Part shown: piece after piece, positions 48,188 to 61,676 of the stretch
Position numbering within the stretch: position 1 is the first letter of the stretch
How the letters are laid out: each line of letters opens with the position of its first letter
Assembly (NCBI GenBank): GCA_002633005.1
Contig: NMRA01000511.1
Coordinates: forward strand, 4,147 to 68,146
Source of the DNA: Phoronis australis
Lineage: Eukaryota; Animalia; Phoronida
Reading direction: 5' to 3'
Length of the DNA: 64,000 nt
Program-made: the position numbers and the translations under genes
Notes under the pieces: generated by a model
Told to the model about the DNA's origin: nothing
The model's database searches: none
Seen by the model: the letters and a program-made list of their open reading frames with translations, nothing else

Positions 48188-49860
48188 CAAACTATGAAGT
48201 GGGAAGATACATACATACATACATATACCGGAAGACAAACCTCTTTTTACCAGCACGTTCGCTGGTTGACAAGAAATTCGTTCCATTAATAGACGCTCTG
48301 TCGGATGTCACCATTCCCAGACAGCTATCCCAAGCAGAAACGTATTCTTGTGGGGTGGGGGGGGGGGGGGGNGGGGGGTCAGTTACCCCTGTTAGTGGCT
48401 GTAGGTCAACTGTAGTAATGTCAAGAAGTGTGTTTGTACCGATATATGTTGTGTAGTGAATTCTCGGGTTGTGGTTATTCTTTAAAGGTACCTGATGTCA
48501 GGGTCTAGTCCCGTATTTGCATACAACAATGTTGAGATCAAGTGGTCGTCATGTGTTCGAAATTATTCCCAGAAACTGCGAAAGGACGGGAATATACGGG
48601 CGAGTACATTTTCCAAAACCCGCAGTTTTTTATGTTCCGTACTTCATCCCAATATTGTCACCAACTTGCAAAATTACCAGATCCATCCTTAAGTATGGTT
48701 GGCCAATCGTGTGACATTCTTCAAAGAAATTGTAATTGGCTTATTTTCGAGCAGTATAGACTAATTTCCTATCAACACGGGCGCTCAGTGGAGTCTGATT
48801 GCAATTTGTACGGTTTCCGTGGTTTCCAAAAACGGACTCTAGAGTTGATGGGAAAATTCAGCTCTATAAATGGAAGCGTAACTGGTATGCGTCATCAGAA
48901 TTCTGTTGTGACGGAGAAGCAAGTACAAGTATATTTATGAAAAATCTTTTTCCTGAAACAGGCCTACATGTTCGTCGTTATCTATTTTGGGGGTATGAGT
49001 ACATTGATATTCAGCAGTGAAAAGGTGCAAAGGGGAATTTTTCGAAAAGGGATGCCACTAGCGGAGGCGTATTTTGGTTGTGTCCTCATAGGAACCACGT
49101 CAGCCTTCCTGGACTTCTTATCAAATTCTCGTGATAAACGAAGCATTGGCGCTGAATTCTGGATTATATCAGTCACGTGTTCATCTCTCCTCACGAGCAT
49201 ATTACCTTATGTCACTCCGTGGTAAACGGAAAATTTACAAAGTACGTGCAGTTGAAAACTTTATTATGAAAATATAAAATATGCATACAGGCTAAACTTG
49301 GTGCACTTGACAAACTACGTATTGCTGTCTGGAATATATGTGCACGTTGATCGAATGTAATTTCGGGGTCCGTCGTCCGATGAAATTTGCCAAAGTCTAA
49401 ACTAACGCAAATGAAACCATGCGCGCACCCAGCCTAAAATTGGGGGGGGGGCTCGAATTCCTGAGAATGTGGACCTTTGAGCAAGATTCACGGAGTATGT
49501 TCAGAGGTATGCAGGGGGCAGACCCAGGATTTTGACTTGAGGTAGAGCGGGACAGAGTATTAGCCAGGATTTTGCCCGTCAGACATTCGCACCTCGAACT
49601 GCCGTATGGAATCTTGGAGAATTTTAGGAGGGACCAAGGCAGCCACGGCAACTTAAATCCGCCACTATTATGAATAGTGCATTCGCCGAATTTTGTCCTG
49701 TATTTTTAGTGGATCTTTGTCTCATTTTCTACTTTTTGTCTCTCTGAGGCGGCCTTTTTGTCCACTTCGCCAAATGGGGGGCTCGAACTAGCCTCCATGG
49801 GTTTCGCGCATGGAAACCATTTACCTAATTCTGAAACCTTACCAAGTCGTTTCAGGGCAT

Positions 49861-50060
49861 TCAGTCGTATGTGTAATATACGTGGGCAGTTTTCACGCGG
49901 TGATAACGATTCACATGACGTTCCATGTAGTCTTTTCTCTTGAACATCTGGTCACATTGTGGACAACGGAATCTGTAGAAGTCTGTGTGTTGGGTTTTCA
50001 AGTGAAGTCGTAAGGCGCGTCGGGCTGACATGGGTTTACCACAGATGCCGCACTGAAAAC
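49861..50060 (-). CDS. C2H2 zinc-finger terminal exon (2 fingers)
   Basis: ctgcag|GT TTT CAG TGC (phase 1); FQCGICGKPMSARRALRLHLKTQH / FRCPQCDQMFKRKDYMERHVNRYH, then stop. Confidence 0.85.
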
Positions 50061-53000
50061 CTGCAGACAGTAAAGTAGAGTGGTCAATACATGTTGAGTT
50101 TCGCTTAAAAATTGTGTTCATCCATCAATCACCGAATAGACAGATATATGTGCATAATCTGAACAAACCGACACCAAACTTCAGTTCAAGTGAAGATGGA
50201 TTTTAACGACGCAAAAGGTTTGGAGCACTGGTATCTGGACACAGGAACACAGGGTCTAACCTGAGCTCAGACTCTTATTGGAAGTAACACCAATCACCCT
50301 ACACGACAACAGGCGTTCTGTCTATGGGACTCGGAATTCCACGGGTGCTTCACTTCAGCCGTCCATATCACTGAACACAAATCTCAATAAATTTACACGA
50401 AACAGGAATTCAATAAACCATGAGCAATTGCTCTTTCTCCTGATAGCATTTACAACGTCCTGCTCCCGCAACAAATTCGAGATTAAAACACATTGTCAAG
50501 TCTTCCCAAAAGGCCGATGCATAGCAACTCCTGTAAGACAGCTCACGTGAGTTAGCAGGGGAATGGTCGATTTGTCGGGAAAGTGACGACATCAATAACT
50601 ACTTAGCCAGACAATTTTGTAGCCTTCCGTGATGAACCGGCAATTGCCGTTATCCGTAACTCATAGGGCAATTCCGTACTTGACCCTAAAGCGACTCACG
50701 TGACCCGTGCGGTGGTAAGGTGGCGGTATTAGTTGGCTCTAGTTGTTTTGAGCCACGGTTCGGTTTGCCTCACAAACTTCACTAAAAATTGCATTTGCTG
50801 GGATGGCTGGGCATTTCAAGTTGTGTGCTGCATGGGAAAGCTACGAATGGAATCAGTTTTAATAGACGTTGCGCAAGGTTTTTGAAATATTTTGCCCATT
50901 CTGACTCATCAAATTTTCAGGTTTTGTACATCCTGTGGAACAGACTGTTGTAGTTGACTCGACCTGATTTTTCAAGCCCCAAATCATCAAACACTGTTGA
51001 GTGCAACCTTATCGTCGCAAACAGTTGAAAAATCCCACCTCTTTTAAATATCCATATAACGCTGTCCACCAACTATTCTACCTACATTTATGGACAAGGC
51101 GTATTTCTTCATGTCCTCGGAAGCAGTTTCATAGACCATTTTACGGATAGCGAGACATAAACAGAAAGGCATATGGGACGTCGGGTCGTCCAGCACATCC
51201 AGCAGGCGTACATGTGCTAAGTACAGACATTACTTAAGCCAAACGTTCAGTAGTTTATGACGAGTAAACAGTTAGCAAACGTGCGTCCTGCACGCCACAT
51301 TCTAACGAATGTTCTGATGCACACGATCTCCGGTGTGCCACAAGAAGTTTGGGTTAACTACATTTTCGAAGATCAGATAAAACTACACCATTTTAAAGAT
51401 GTGGTAGCACAATTTAAAGGGAGTCATTGTCTGGGGGATGTCTTCAAAAAGTGGCATTCCCTTTACATTTGTTTGGTCCTACAGTATATCTTGAGTACTA
51501 TAATTGAACAAACAACCATTTACATTGCAGTTTTTAATACTAACAAAACACAATAACCAATGAAACCCTTCTGTAGAGTTCTCGTGCAAAATGAATTTTT
51601 CTTTCTCAGAGTTCCTAACCTATAAACTGAACCCATTCATGTGACATTTTGTCTGAAAAGGCACCGTTTCGTGAGGAATGTGGCCGTAAAAAATCCACCA
51701 ATGAGAGCGGGATCAGATCTAACACCAAAGTACTCACAGGTTTAGAGGCAAAACGGAATAAAACACAAGAAACGGGAATACTCTTAGTGTTTTCTAACTT
51801 GTAACATATGGATATCAAACAGGACAAAAATGTGCATTCATCGGTTTTCGTCAAATACACGAATCCAACAATTTCGTAACAAGACGATCCGTCACAAAAC
51901 TATTAGCCGCGCGATACCAGAACACAACAGAGTATATTACAAATCATTTCCTACACCTTGGTATCCTATAGCAACGGAAATGTTTCAAGGAATATAATAT
52001 AATACCTATGTAAACAGATTTCATGTGTTTGATCCATGCACCGATCACATTTTTCGGTTTGACATTCATCTGGTCCTGGATGGTTTAGCAAACGTTAGGG
52101 CTTTAAAAACAACTTCCTCCAAGAATGTAGAAACTTTAATAAACAGGCGAAATTCCCGGATTCTTGATACCTGAAGTTGGAAACGCAACCGATACAACGT
52201 CTGCCTATAGTAAAGTTAAATCGTCGTTATTTCTAGTCTGTTTGTTGTCTTTTTGTTTGTAAGTTCTGGGCTTTAAGTCTTGGGGATTCCATGACTATTT
52301 CTTTGCCTTTACATTTCGAACAAAAGTGTAAATAGGTCGCGGTTCAAGGGTGTGGTACGGAGGGAAGCCCAGATTCATTATCGACGGCAAATGTCCACGT
52401 TGCCCCACTGGAAAGCAGGCGTCAACATCACAAGAAGACACTGACACTTCATATTTTGCGTTCGACGATCACTCAGTTTTGCCTCATTCATTGGTCATTG
52501 ATTGATCGGATATTTTCAAGCAATAGACGTCTCTTCGCTCGGTAACCCGCGGCATGATGCACGCAGATTCCACGCTGTTGATACTTTCCGAGCGAAGATA
52601 CATTACCGGGGGAGCACATCTGATGAAAGTCAACACTGATAATTATACAGACACTTATTATTAAGTGGATTCAAATAATGACGTCACAAATCCCTTGGCA
52701 GTGAAAAGATCCGACACAGACCTCGCGTAACAGGCGATAGAAACGAAGAGTTTACAATAGCCATGCATAGTTTACAATAGACATACACAGTTCAATAGCG
52801 ATGCATTATTAAGAAATCGCTTTCCCAGGTTTCTGGAACGTTTGGTTTTTCGGACCTGTACACTTTATATTCACGTGCTCTAACGTTTGTCTGAACGTCC
52901 CAAAAATCAAGGAATTGCTCATTTTTAAATGTTTTAAAAAACACCAATGTAGAAACACGAGTATAAATACGAACAAACTGCATAAACGATGCCAGCCGAA

Positions 53001-53532
53001 AGTCTTGCATGAGTAACACAAGCTCTAGGTCGAAGTAACGCAGGTGGGAGACAAGCCACTTGTTCTCTATTGTAATCATGTAATCCTATTGTAGAAACGA
53101 CAGTCGCCTGCAATCCTGGCCATGAAGCATTGAAAAATCACAGCTGAACAATCAAGGTAGTCTAAGATTTCAACTCTCTCACATAGATCTACGGCAGAAG
53201 ACTGCGCTGTCTGACCAAAGCGCCATCTAGTTGTCAAATCACCAATAGCCTCGTTCGCCGCTTGCGGACGAAGCGTCGCCAACGTGAGTTAATTGGTTGC
53301 AGTATAGAATTTTTTACTCTCATACCTACTATGACTGGATGCCTACAAACTTTTTCACTCTGATATCCTGAAGCTCACTTATAGCGAAAGCATCAGAACA
53401 GAAAAATATTCCACTTTCTATGAGTCTAAACAGAACAAGGTTCTTGTCTCAAATTCCCGTAACAGACACAATACCACGTAACAATTGAACCAGACCGTAC
53501 AAAAGAATTTTTTCAACCAAATAAACCTTGAA

Positions 53533-53867
53533 TCACTTCGAGGCCTGCCCATCCTTCGTCAAATCTGTCGAAATGGCGTGGACTGGGGGATCATCGTTGA
53601 CAATATCCGGGTGCAGTCGGCTCATATGCAGACGATAATACTTCTCCCCGCCAAACACGCCGTTACAATAGATACAGCGCAACTGTGGTTTCACAGTCAT
53701 GTCGTGATAACGCTCCTGGTGGCTCTGCAGGTGGTCACGGCGTGAACACACCTTAGGACAGTATTCGCACTTAAACCTGTCTTTGTCAATATGCAGGCTC
53801 CGAATGTGCGTATAGAGATTACACAACTTCGTAAGCTTTGTGCCGCATATGCCACATTGGTAGACGT
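53533..53867 (-). CDS. C2H2 zinc-finger terminal exon (3 fingers)
   Basis: tttttctttgcag|AC GTC TAC (phase 1); YQCGICGTKLTKLCNLYTHIRSLH / FKCEYCPKVCSRRDHLQSHQERYH / LRCIYCNGVFGGEKYYRLHMSRLH, then stop. Confidence 0.88.
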
Positions 53868-54908
53868 CTGCAAAGAAAAAACAGCCAATCAAGTCTTCGT
53901 GAGTCGCAGAAATGTGTCTTCCAAAGTGACTTGTAAAGACCAAGGCTATTAACAAAAGACATCGAAAAGAACCCAGTGGAATATGCCAATTCTTCACACC
54001 ATGTTATTCTCTCAAACAACTTGAAAAAGACAGTCTAGTTTGAACGTGATCACTGTAAAGGTGCACGCAGTTCGCTGTCGATATTGTTTATACACATGTA
54101 CGTGCTGTAGTTTTGAAAAAGGTCGGCGACATCAAATCTCGCCAAAAATCGGAGACATATCGAAGTTTAAATGTTATTTTTTCGTCTGGTTCCCCTGTGG
54201 ATGTTCGCCGCGTCGATGCCGGACGAATCAATGTCAACGCAATTCGCCAGTACTTTAAAAGACGTTGAAATCGCTAGTATCTCCCCACGTCGAAAACGGG
54301 CAAAGTTTTAAGTTTATGAGTGACAACGATGGGATAATATCCGAACAATTCCTTGTTTTGCTTCAGATTCCCTTCGGGGTTATCCCGACATCACGTGGTT
54401 AATTTTTTCTCGAGATTCAGGCATGCCGTGTGAAGGAAAACGTCACACAACAGCAACACATTTGCATTATTAAATTAAATTTTATTCGATCCTTAGATTA
54501 TCCACATCACTCGAAATAGACATTACACGATTATTATCAAGTAACACATTTTATAACTTCAAAAACACCACGTCACACATGAAGATAAAGGTCATACTGA
54601 CTGACATTTGTGCATACGATTTGCATATTATAGACATTTCACACAAACTCTTTCCCAGAGCTCTGTCTCCCCCAAGATAGCACCGTGGCGGAGCGTAAGT
54701 ACGGTACCTTATAGTTAATAACAATAACAAACGCGGCCACACGTAATGCACTTATAACTCAATCAATACACAAAATATTCTCTAAGTCAATGCCATGTCA
54801 GAATAAGCAAAGGGTCAACCAATCAGGGAAGAGTAAACAAACATGAAAACCTTGAGATGAAACGAATACGTAACCATAAACACATCTTATATAAAACAAT
54901 GTTGGATA

Positions 54909-55277
54909 CAGTGCCCGGTTGCATGAAACAGTCCCAAATCACTGTCCTATTTATGCTATGAATCTCATCATTAAGTCAATTTTAACATTGATAAAAATCG
55001 CGAGTGAAGCCTACGTTGAATTCGCAATATTATTAAAAAAAATAGGTATCTATTCAAGCAACGCCCCTAATTTAAGGACTAAGTTCTTAATTATTTTGAC
55101 TGAATTAAGGGCTCGTTTTTTAGTTATACTAAATGTCATTAGTGAAAGAGGAGCTCACAATGAAGATAAAATGATAGAAAAAATATATCTGTGAGAAAAG
55201 AACGAAACAAATACGCAAAAGATTTAGTGAGCTAAGCAGAGCCCCAATTTGGGATTATTTCATGCAACCAGTTACTG
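54909..55277 (+). mobile_element. MITE family 3 copy
   Basis: cagtgcccggttgcatgaaacagtcccaaat...atttgggattatttcatgcaacc; internal similarity to 37240-37360. Confidence 0.65.
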
Positions 55278-55745
55278 ACGACTGGAAAAGTCCACACAAC
55301 TCAGGTAACAGTCCGTAACATAATCAATGCCAACAAGAGAACTATATTACAGTGGCTGTACACGAAGGCGCACGCCAACGCAAAGGGAGGATGTCTTGTT
55401 TAGAGAGTATTTCATTCATTATGCGCGTAAGAAAACAACTTCCACAACTATTCAGGTGCTGAAAAAGAAACGCTGACGGAAGTGACGAGTTGTTCCCAAA
55501 TCTTCCGCTGGGTGATGCTCTCGTCGATCGCAAGCTTCTCTATGATTGGCTGCTGTACGACTTCCGTTAAGTGTTTCTTAGCCATACGAAGAGAATGGTA
55601 GCGAAGTACCTTCCTTACGTAAGATAGGTAGTTATGATGCGGTACATTGCAAAAAGTAACTTAGCAGACAAGTGTCCATGGTCCAGGTACAAATTCCAAA
55701 ACATGGAACCCAAAGGAGGGCGATCACCTTCACCTTGATTATACC

Positions 55746-56044
55746 TGCCTCCCGTTCATTAACACTAGGACCTCGCAAAAAAGCAAGACTTCGCGAGATT
55801 AGGTAAGATATTGCCGTGTATTTTAACTGAGAGCACGTGACTTTCGCTAGATTTTATCTCTAAGTCCTAGCGTAGGTGCTAGCGTCTACTGAACGCACGC
55901 CAGGCGTGCGTTCAGTAGACGCTAGGACCAAGCTAAAACCTAGTAAAAGGCACGTGTTCTCATTTAAAATGCACGGCAATATCTCACGTACTCTCACGAA
56001 GTCTTGCTTTTTAGCGAGGTCCTGGCGTTACTGAACGGGAGGCT
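55746..56044. mobile_element. Two MITE family 1 copies fused in inverted orientation
   Basis: 55746-55901 followed immediately by an inverted copy at 55903-56044; centre gaacgcacgccaggcgtgcgttc. Confidence 0.8.
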
Positions 56045-56767
56045 GGGGTATACTAATCCAGGTTGTCAACTACATTTATATATAATTAACTTGTACATGT
56101 TTCTATCTCTCTATTTACAGCACACTCACGTCTAAAAACGCTAGCGTATACCAAAACATTTACAAGACATAATTCTGCATTAACAAGAGCTTAAAATTCC
56201 TCCGCGTCCATAAAAAAGCCTAAAAAATCCAAACCAACAGCATCGTGGGAGCAGACAAGTTTCTCATCATTAATACTTCGTTTTAATACCTTACCCAACA
56301 CCATATATATTTCCAATTTCTGGAAAATCAGCACAAGTTAGTAATCAATGCCATATTTTTAATCACGATTATTACTTTAACCAAGACACACTTTTCACCG
56401 GAAGGATTCTAAAAATAGTAAATATAATAACATCTTCGAATAGATAATACTGGCCTGAAGTCATTTTCGAGAAACTAACACAACAAATATATAAATTTTG
56501 AAATAGTTTTTGCATAATCTTAACAGCACTTGAGTTACATTATTTGTACAACATTGTCAATGAATTATTACATCTTCTCAATATTATGATTATAGTTAAT
56601 TCAAGCAAATATTGAAAAAAACAACAAACGATTGAGGTAGGCAACCTTTGAACTAAATATTTACATCATTCAACGAGTAACGAAACTGAAACCTTCGAAA
56701 CTCCGTGGTCACTCGAGTACTTGACCAAGCCAGTACACGAAAACGCGCCCTCTACCTAGATTCACCA

Positions 56768-56920
56768 GGGCCCAGTTGCATAAAAGCTATACGCCGTATA
56801 CCAACAATGACGTCGCATGATCACGCGCCACGTTGTTATTGTTGAACAATGCACCTGACGTCATGCAACAATCAAACTTATCCAGCGGATAACTTTTGAA
56901 GCTTTATGCAACTCAGCCCA
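56768..56920. mobile_element. Small MITE-like element
   Basis: TIR ggcccagttgcataaaagct / agctttatgcaactcagcc. Confidence 0.5.
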
Positions 56921-57452
56921 GAAGTTCTGGTTTTAAGTAATTTAGCATGATTAATCACCTTACATTTAGGTTTCTCAGAAAGTTTTTAGACACATACCGC
57001 AATTATTATCACCTGTAACATCGGACTTCACGAACGTCCATTTGTTAAACAGTGTTGTTTTGCTGGTGAACCACAGCGACTTGTTCTGAGCATGTCAATA
57101 TATCGCTACCGGTTCGAGTGCATGATTGCATTGCATGTGGAAAACTGCATCAACCAGAATCCTTTAAAACATAAACCGTTGTTAAGTCACATTGTTAGTG
57201 AGTGATAAATTTTGCAAAAAATCGACTATGAACTTAGCAGAGTAACATCCGATTGCGACACGGAAACATCGCCCTCTAACGTCTTGAAAAGAAACAAAAA
57301 AAACGTAAGCATTATTCATATCCTATGGCCGACAAAATGATACAGATTTCAGAGCAGTAAGCAATCCGATTCCGAAACATGTGAAGACAGAATTATGCCA
57401 ATCAAGACAACTATCAGCACTGGGTCCTAACAAAGGGGCACGGCTGGCAGCC

Positions 57453-57724
57453 CTATTGAATGAGGTCGTGATGGAATTTCTTCAGGTGCAACCGGAAGTA
57501 TTTCTCGCCGCTGAACACGCCCTTGCAGTAGGAGCAGGTGTACTCGGGGTTGTTGTCCTTGTGATAGATCTCCTGGTGCTTCTGCAGGTAATCGCGCCGC
57601 TTGTAGATGGCCGGGCAGAATTCGCATTTGAACCGCTTCGTGTCTATATGCTGCGTCCGAATATGAAAGTATAGGTTGCAGAGCTGGGACAGACTAGTGC
57701 CGCATATACCGCAAGTGTAGAACC
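57453..57724 (-). CDS. C2H2 zinc-finger terminal exon (3 fingers; not called in this frame in the ORF track)
   Basis: ttttttctttccag|GG TTC TAC (phase 1); YTCGICGTSLSQLCNLYFHIRTQH / FKCEFCPAIYKRRDYLQKHQEIYH / YTCSYCKGVFSGEKYFRLHLKKFH HDLIQ*. Confidence 0.88.
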
Positions 57725-58557
57725 CTGGAAAGAAAAAACGTCACCATGACGATCACAACATCTAGCCTGACACACAGCCTCCTGCCTATTTAACAACCAA
57801 TCACGCGTGAGAGCGAGTGCTCGTGCGAAGCAACACCGACAGGATATGAATGAGAACACCGTGAACGACTCAAGTAAGGGAAAGCCACCTCCCAAATCTA
57901 TTATTTACCTTAAAGCGTGGCCAAATCAATATGTTAATATTGTGGTTGTGAAAAATACGTAGTTAGACGTCACTTTTAATTTTGGTCATATCATTGAACG
58001 CTTTTTTCTATCGCGCAATGATCAATCTTATTTGGAAAAATCATCAGGTTTGAAGATATTTTAGTTAAGCTTTTAAATTTAATTAAAAATTAAAACTCAA
58101 CAATTACCTTAGTTGGCGACTTTCTCTTGTTCTAAATGGTCTAAAGGCACTGTTCGTAAGATTGAGAAATCGTATCACCACACCTTACAGCAACTTACAT
58201 GTAGGCACCGCCGTACTGGTATGAAAAGGTGCAAATAAACTTTCGTCAATCACCCCTTTACTACGCTAGAGGGTACTGCACACAAGGTCGGCAGAGGTGT
58301 CCGTTATTAGCCCAAAAAGATTTAATTACTGCAATTAGTCGTCAGAAACACAGGAAAGTTATATCCCGATTAAGGTTAGTACAAGCTACATATAGATCAA
58401 TCTGACCAGATGAATACGCATTCACTACTCGTAAGCGCTATGGCATTACGATATAATTGCTATTTCTCTAAACGACCACCTAAGCAGGATTCTAGCAAAG
58501 GACAAACACAGGGAGTACTTGAGATTCCCCCACTACATAAATGCAGAAGGGACCGAG

Positions 58558-58740
58558 TAGAGAATTATGGGCTCCTCTGTCTCTTTTGACCCACTATTGG
58601 ACCTAGACGACTTATCCGATAGAATTATAGAATCCTCTGTCTCTTTTAACCCACGATTCGGCCTAAACGACTTATTCGATAGAATTATAGACTCCTCGGA
58701 CTCTTTCGACCCACGATTGGGCCTAGATGACTTATTCCAT
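58558..58740. repeat. 60-bp tandem repeat x3
   Basis: tagaattat.g..tcctc.g.ctcttt..accca...tt.g.ccta.a.gacttat.c.a repeated with a 60-nt period. Confidence 0.85.
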
Positions 58741-59769
58741 AACTAGTTAATGTGGTTCCTCGTTACAGGAACAATAATTCGCCACTCATTTTACGATTTT
58801 TGTCGCCAGTTCAACAGTTTGATTGTATTTTTATGTTATTTAAGTCTTGTGGAAAACTCTTAGGGTTTCTAGGAGTACTAGTAGTTTGTCAATACATTCG
58901 GGGTCCACTGGTGGTACACGCAGGTGGATTCAATTGGTGCACCCGAGTCGGACTCGTGAATCCAAACGCGTGTGACGCTGGCACTCTTAAGACAAGGATT
59001 CTGCACATTTTGCATAAAAATGAGTCCCAGAATTCCGCCTGATCATTGTTTATCAGAGATTTGGTATTCGCACTATCGGCAAGCCCGGCTGTTATACGCT
59101 CGTTCGACAGCTCACGTCACCACTGAGGAAATAGGACTGCGGAGGCCACGGATGGAGGTGTAATTCCGGGCAGCTACATTGCCAGAAAAAACGTGTTGTG
59201 AAAGAATGCGCGAGAATATGTGTGGAGGACACTTCCACGAACTACGCGTGGTCACGTGACTCAATCATATTTTGGCGGTGAAACATCCGCCATTGTCAAG
59301 CTTTATTCAGAGAAGGGATGCCAGGATGGCTGCAGGTACAATAGACAGAACAATCCAAAACACGCAAAAATACCACAACAGGATTGGCTAGCAATCAACG
59401 AATCACAACTCGATGTAACAGTGTCAACAACTCATGGGAAACCTGTGCATTAAGTGAAAGGATCTCTAAAATCCTATGTAGTGTATAATTTGATTGTAGT
59501 TGTTATCAAGCATCTTATATTGGTGAGACAACTCACCACTTGACGACACGGATGAAGGAACGCTTAGTTTACGTAGAGATAAGAATTCGCATAACTTTAG
59601 GTACTAGAAAAACAATGCTGCTTGTGTAGAGGCCGCAAAAAGACATTCGCATTCAGTGTTCGGAACGCCCTCAATCATTGCACAAGTTTCACATGAGTCG
59701 TTGGTATTGTTACACTGAGTTGTGATTTGCTGATTGCTTAGCCAATCCTGATCTGGTATTTTGTAACAT

Positions 59770-60183
59770 TCTGTGTATTGTACCTGCAGCCATCCTGGCA
59801 TCCATTCTGTGTGTATTGTACCTGCAGCCATCCTGGAATACATTCTGTGTGTATTGTACCTGCAGCCATCCTGGCATACATTCTGTGTGTATTGTACCTG
59901 CAGCCATCCTGACATCCATTCTGTGTGTATTGTACCTGCAGCCATCCTGGCATACATTCTGTGTAATGTACCTGAAGCCATCCTGGCATACATTCTGTGT
60001 AATGTACCTGAAGCCATCCTGGCATACATTCTGTGTAATGTACCTGCAGCCATCCTGGCATACATTCTGTGTAATGTACCTGCAGCCATCCTGGCATACA
60101 TGTGCATCCTGTGTATTGTACCTGCAGCCATCCTGGCATACATTCTGTATATTGTACCTGCAGCCATCCTGGCATACATTCTC
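59770..60183. repeat. 36/38-bp minisatellite, ~11 copies, inside the right arm of an inverted repeat
   Basis: Unit gtgtattgtacctgcagccatcctggcatacattct. Confidence 0.95.
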
Positions 60184-61676
60184 TGAATAAAGCTTGACAA
60201 TGGTGGGTGTTTTACCGCCGAAACATTTTAGAAAAGTCTTTATTCAAACAGTGCTTCCATCAAGTTTCTAAGATATTCCAGGTTCAAACATTTCCCTAAG
60301 CCCAAGAAAATCTCGAAACTCTCGAACTCTCCTTTACCTAAACATAATTTTGAAACTAACTTTCATAAATTACACAGAAACCTATAATATGGGTGAAATG
60401 AATCTGAAAAAAATACAAAAATGAGAACTTTATAAGTGTGATCGTTTGAAAATTTATTTGTAAATTGCAATATTCCTCGTTCCACAAGAGTTCATCGTTT
60501 GCTCATAAGATAATACAATGTATACACGCCCTGAATACTACAGGCCCCTCGTTCAATTTACAGCACCATTGTGCAACACATGTGTTTCTATTAATGCAAC
60601 AAAGCACCAATGTACTGTAAGCAGTGCCAACCAATTCGTAAACTTTTCGTCTAAACGGGAGCGCCACCTCTGTGAAGGCTTTCTCGCCTATGCAACAACA
60701 ATTCAGCGCCGTTTTCTCACAGAGTAACACTTCCAAAGATAAAAATGATTATATTTTCACAAATTGTCTGTTAGCATGCTCACCGTATATGCCCACTGAC
60801 GAAGATACGTGCAAAGCCAAGCTATTGAATTAGCGACTACATTAATTATTAAGGGTAGGATTGGCGTGATACAGTCGTTAGATGGCCACCATATTTCCCC
60901 TGGCACGACGAGAGGAGAGAAAGCGTCAGAACACCACGAAAAAGACAACGAACACGAAAGATACCAGAGATCAACAGGCACTCCCCAAAATGATTAAAAC
61001 GACCAGTGAAGTGGTTCTCAACATCGTTTATCTTGTTCTGTTGATAAAGTGGGTAATGAATCTGAAACACTGGAGTCGAATAAGTGTGCCTACTTAAGAG
61101 TTCGAGTAGACCCCGGAATACGCTGTATTGTTGATTAGTAGCGGGTTTCACGAGACCACGTTGGCTTTCTCACAAAATCTCCCATGAAAGTTGACTACCT
61201 CTTGATTATCACACGATTCGCATGCAAGAAACATCAAATTTTACCTGGTTTCAATTCAGACAGCCACGCTAAAAGTCAATAGAGACTTAAACATACAGAA
61301 ATAGCGGGAGACAGTGTTGAGGTAGATCTGCATGCGAGGGTCTAACATTACAATGCACAACAACGAGAGCTCAACAAAATCTAATGTTTCAAAACAATAA
61401 CGTTAATGCAAAACATGACAAACCGTTGACGTTTGAGCAGTCCCAGACGCAGCTCCAGCCGACTTCCACCTGCCAAGATCTCACAGACCGCATCTGCCTT
61501 TTTCACGTCACAAGGCGGGAATTAGAAAATACAACCACGATCGAACAGCATGTAACTAAATGGGTTCTGATGTAATTATAGATTTTTTTGCGTGGATTCC
61601 ACGACACGCATCTCTATTTGAAGGACTCTGGTGCATTAGATATTACTCTACAAATGCAGTCACATTTTTAAACAAT

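Noticed and set aside
50930-51460. Minus-strand stretch that looks like decayed coding sequence (similarly 48490-49200)
   Set aside because: Multiple stops and no motif I can assign to any family.
57381-57674. Plus-strand hydrophobic 97-aa ORF
   Set aside because: Antisense shadow of the ZnF exon at 57453-57724.
59604-60200. ORFs of 124-198 aa with 12-aa periodicity
   Set aside because: By-products of the 36-bp minisatellite on both strands.
60503-60736. Cys-rich minus-strand ORF as a fifth zinc-finger cassette
   Set aside because: No C-x2-C...H-x3/4-H spacing.
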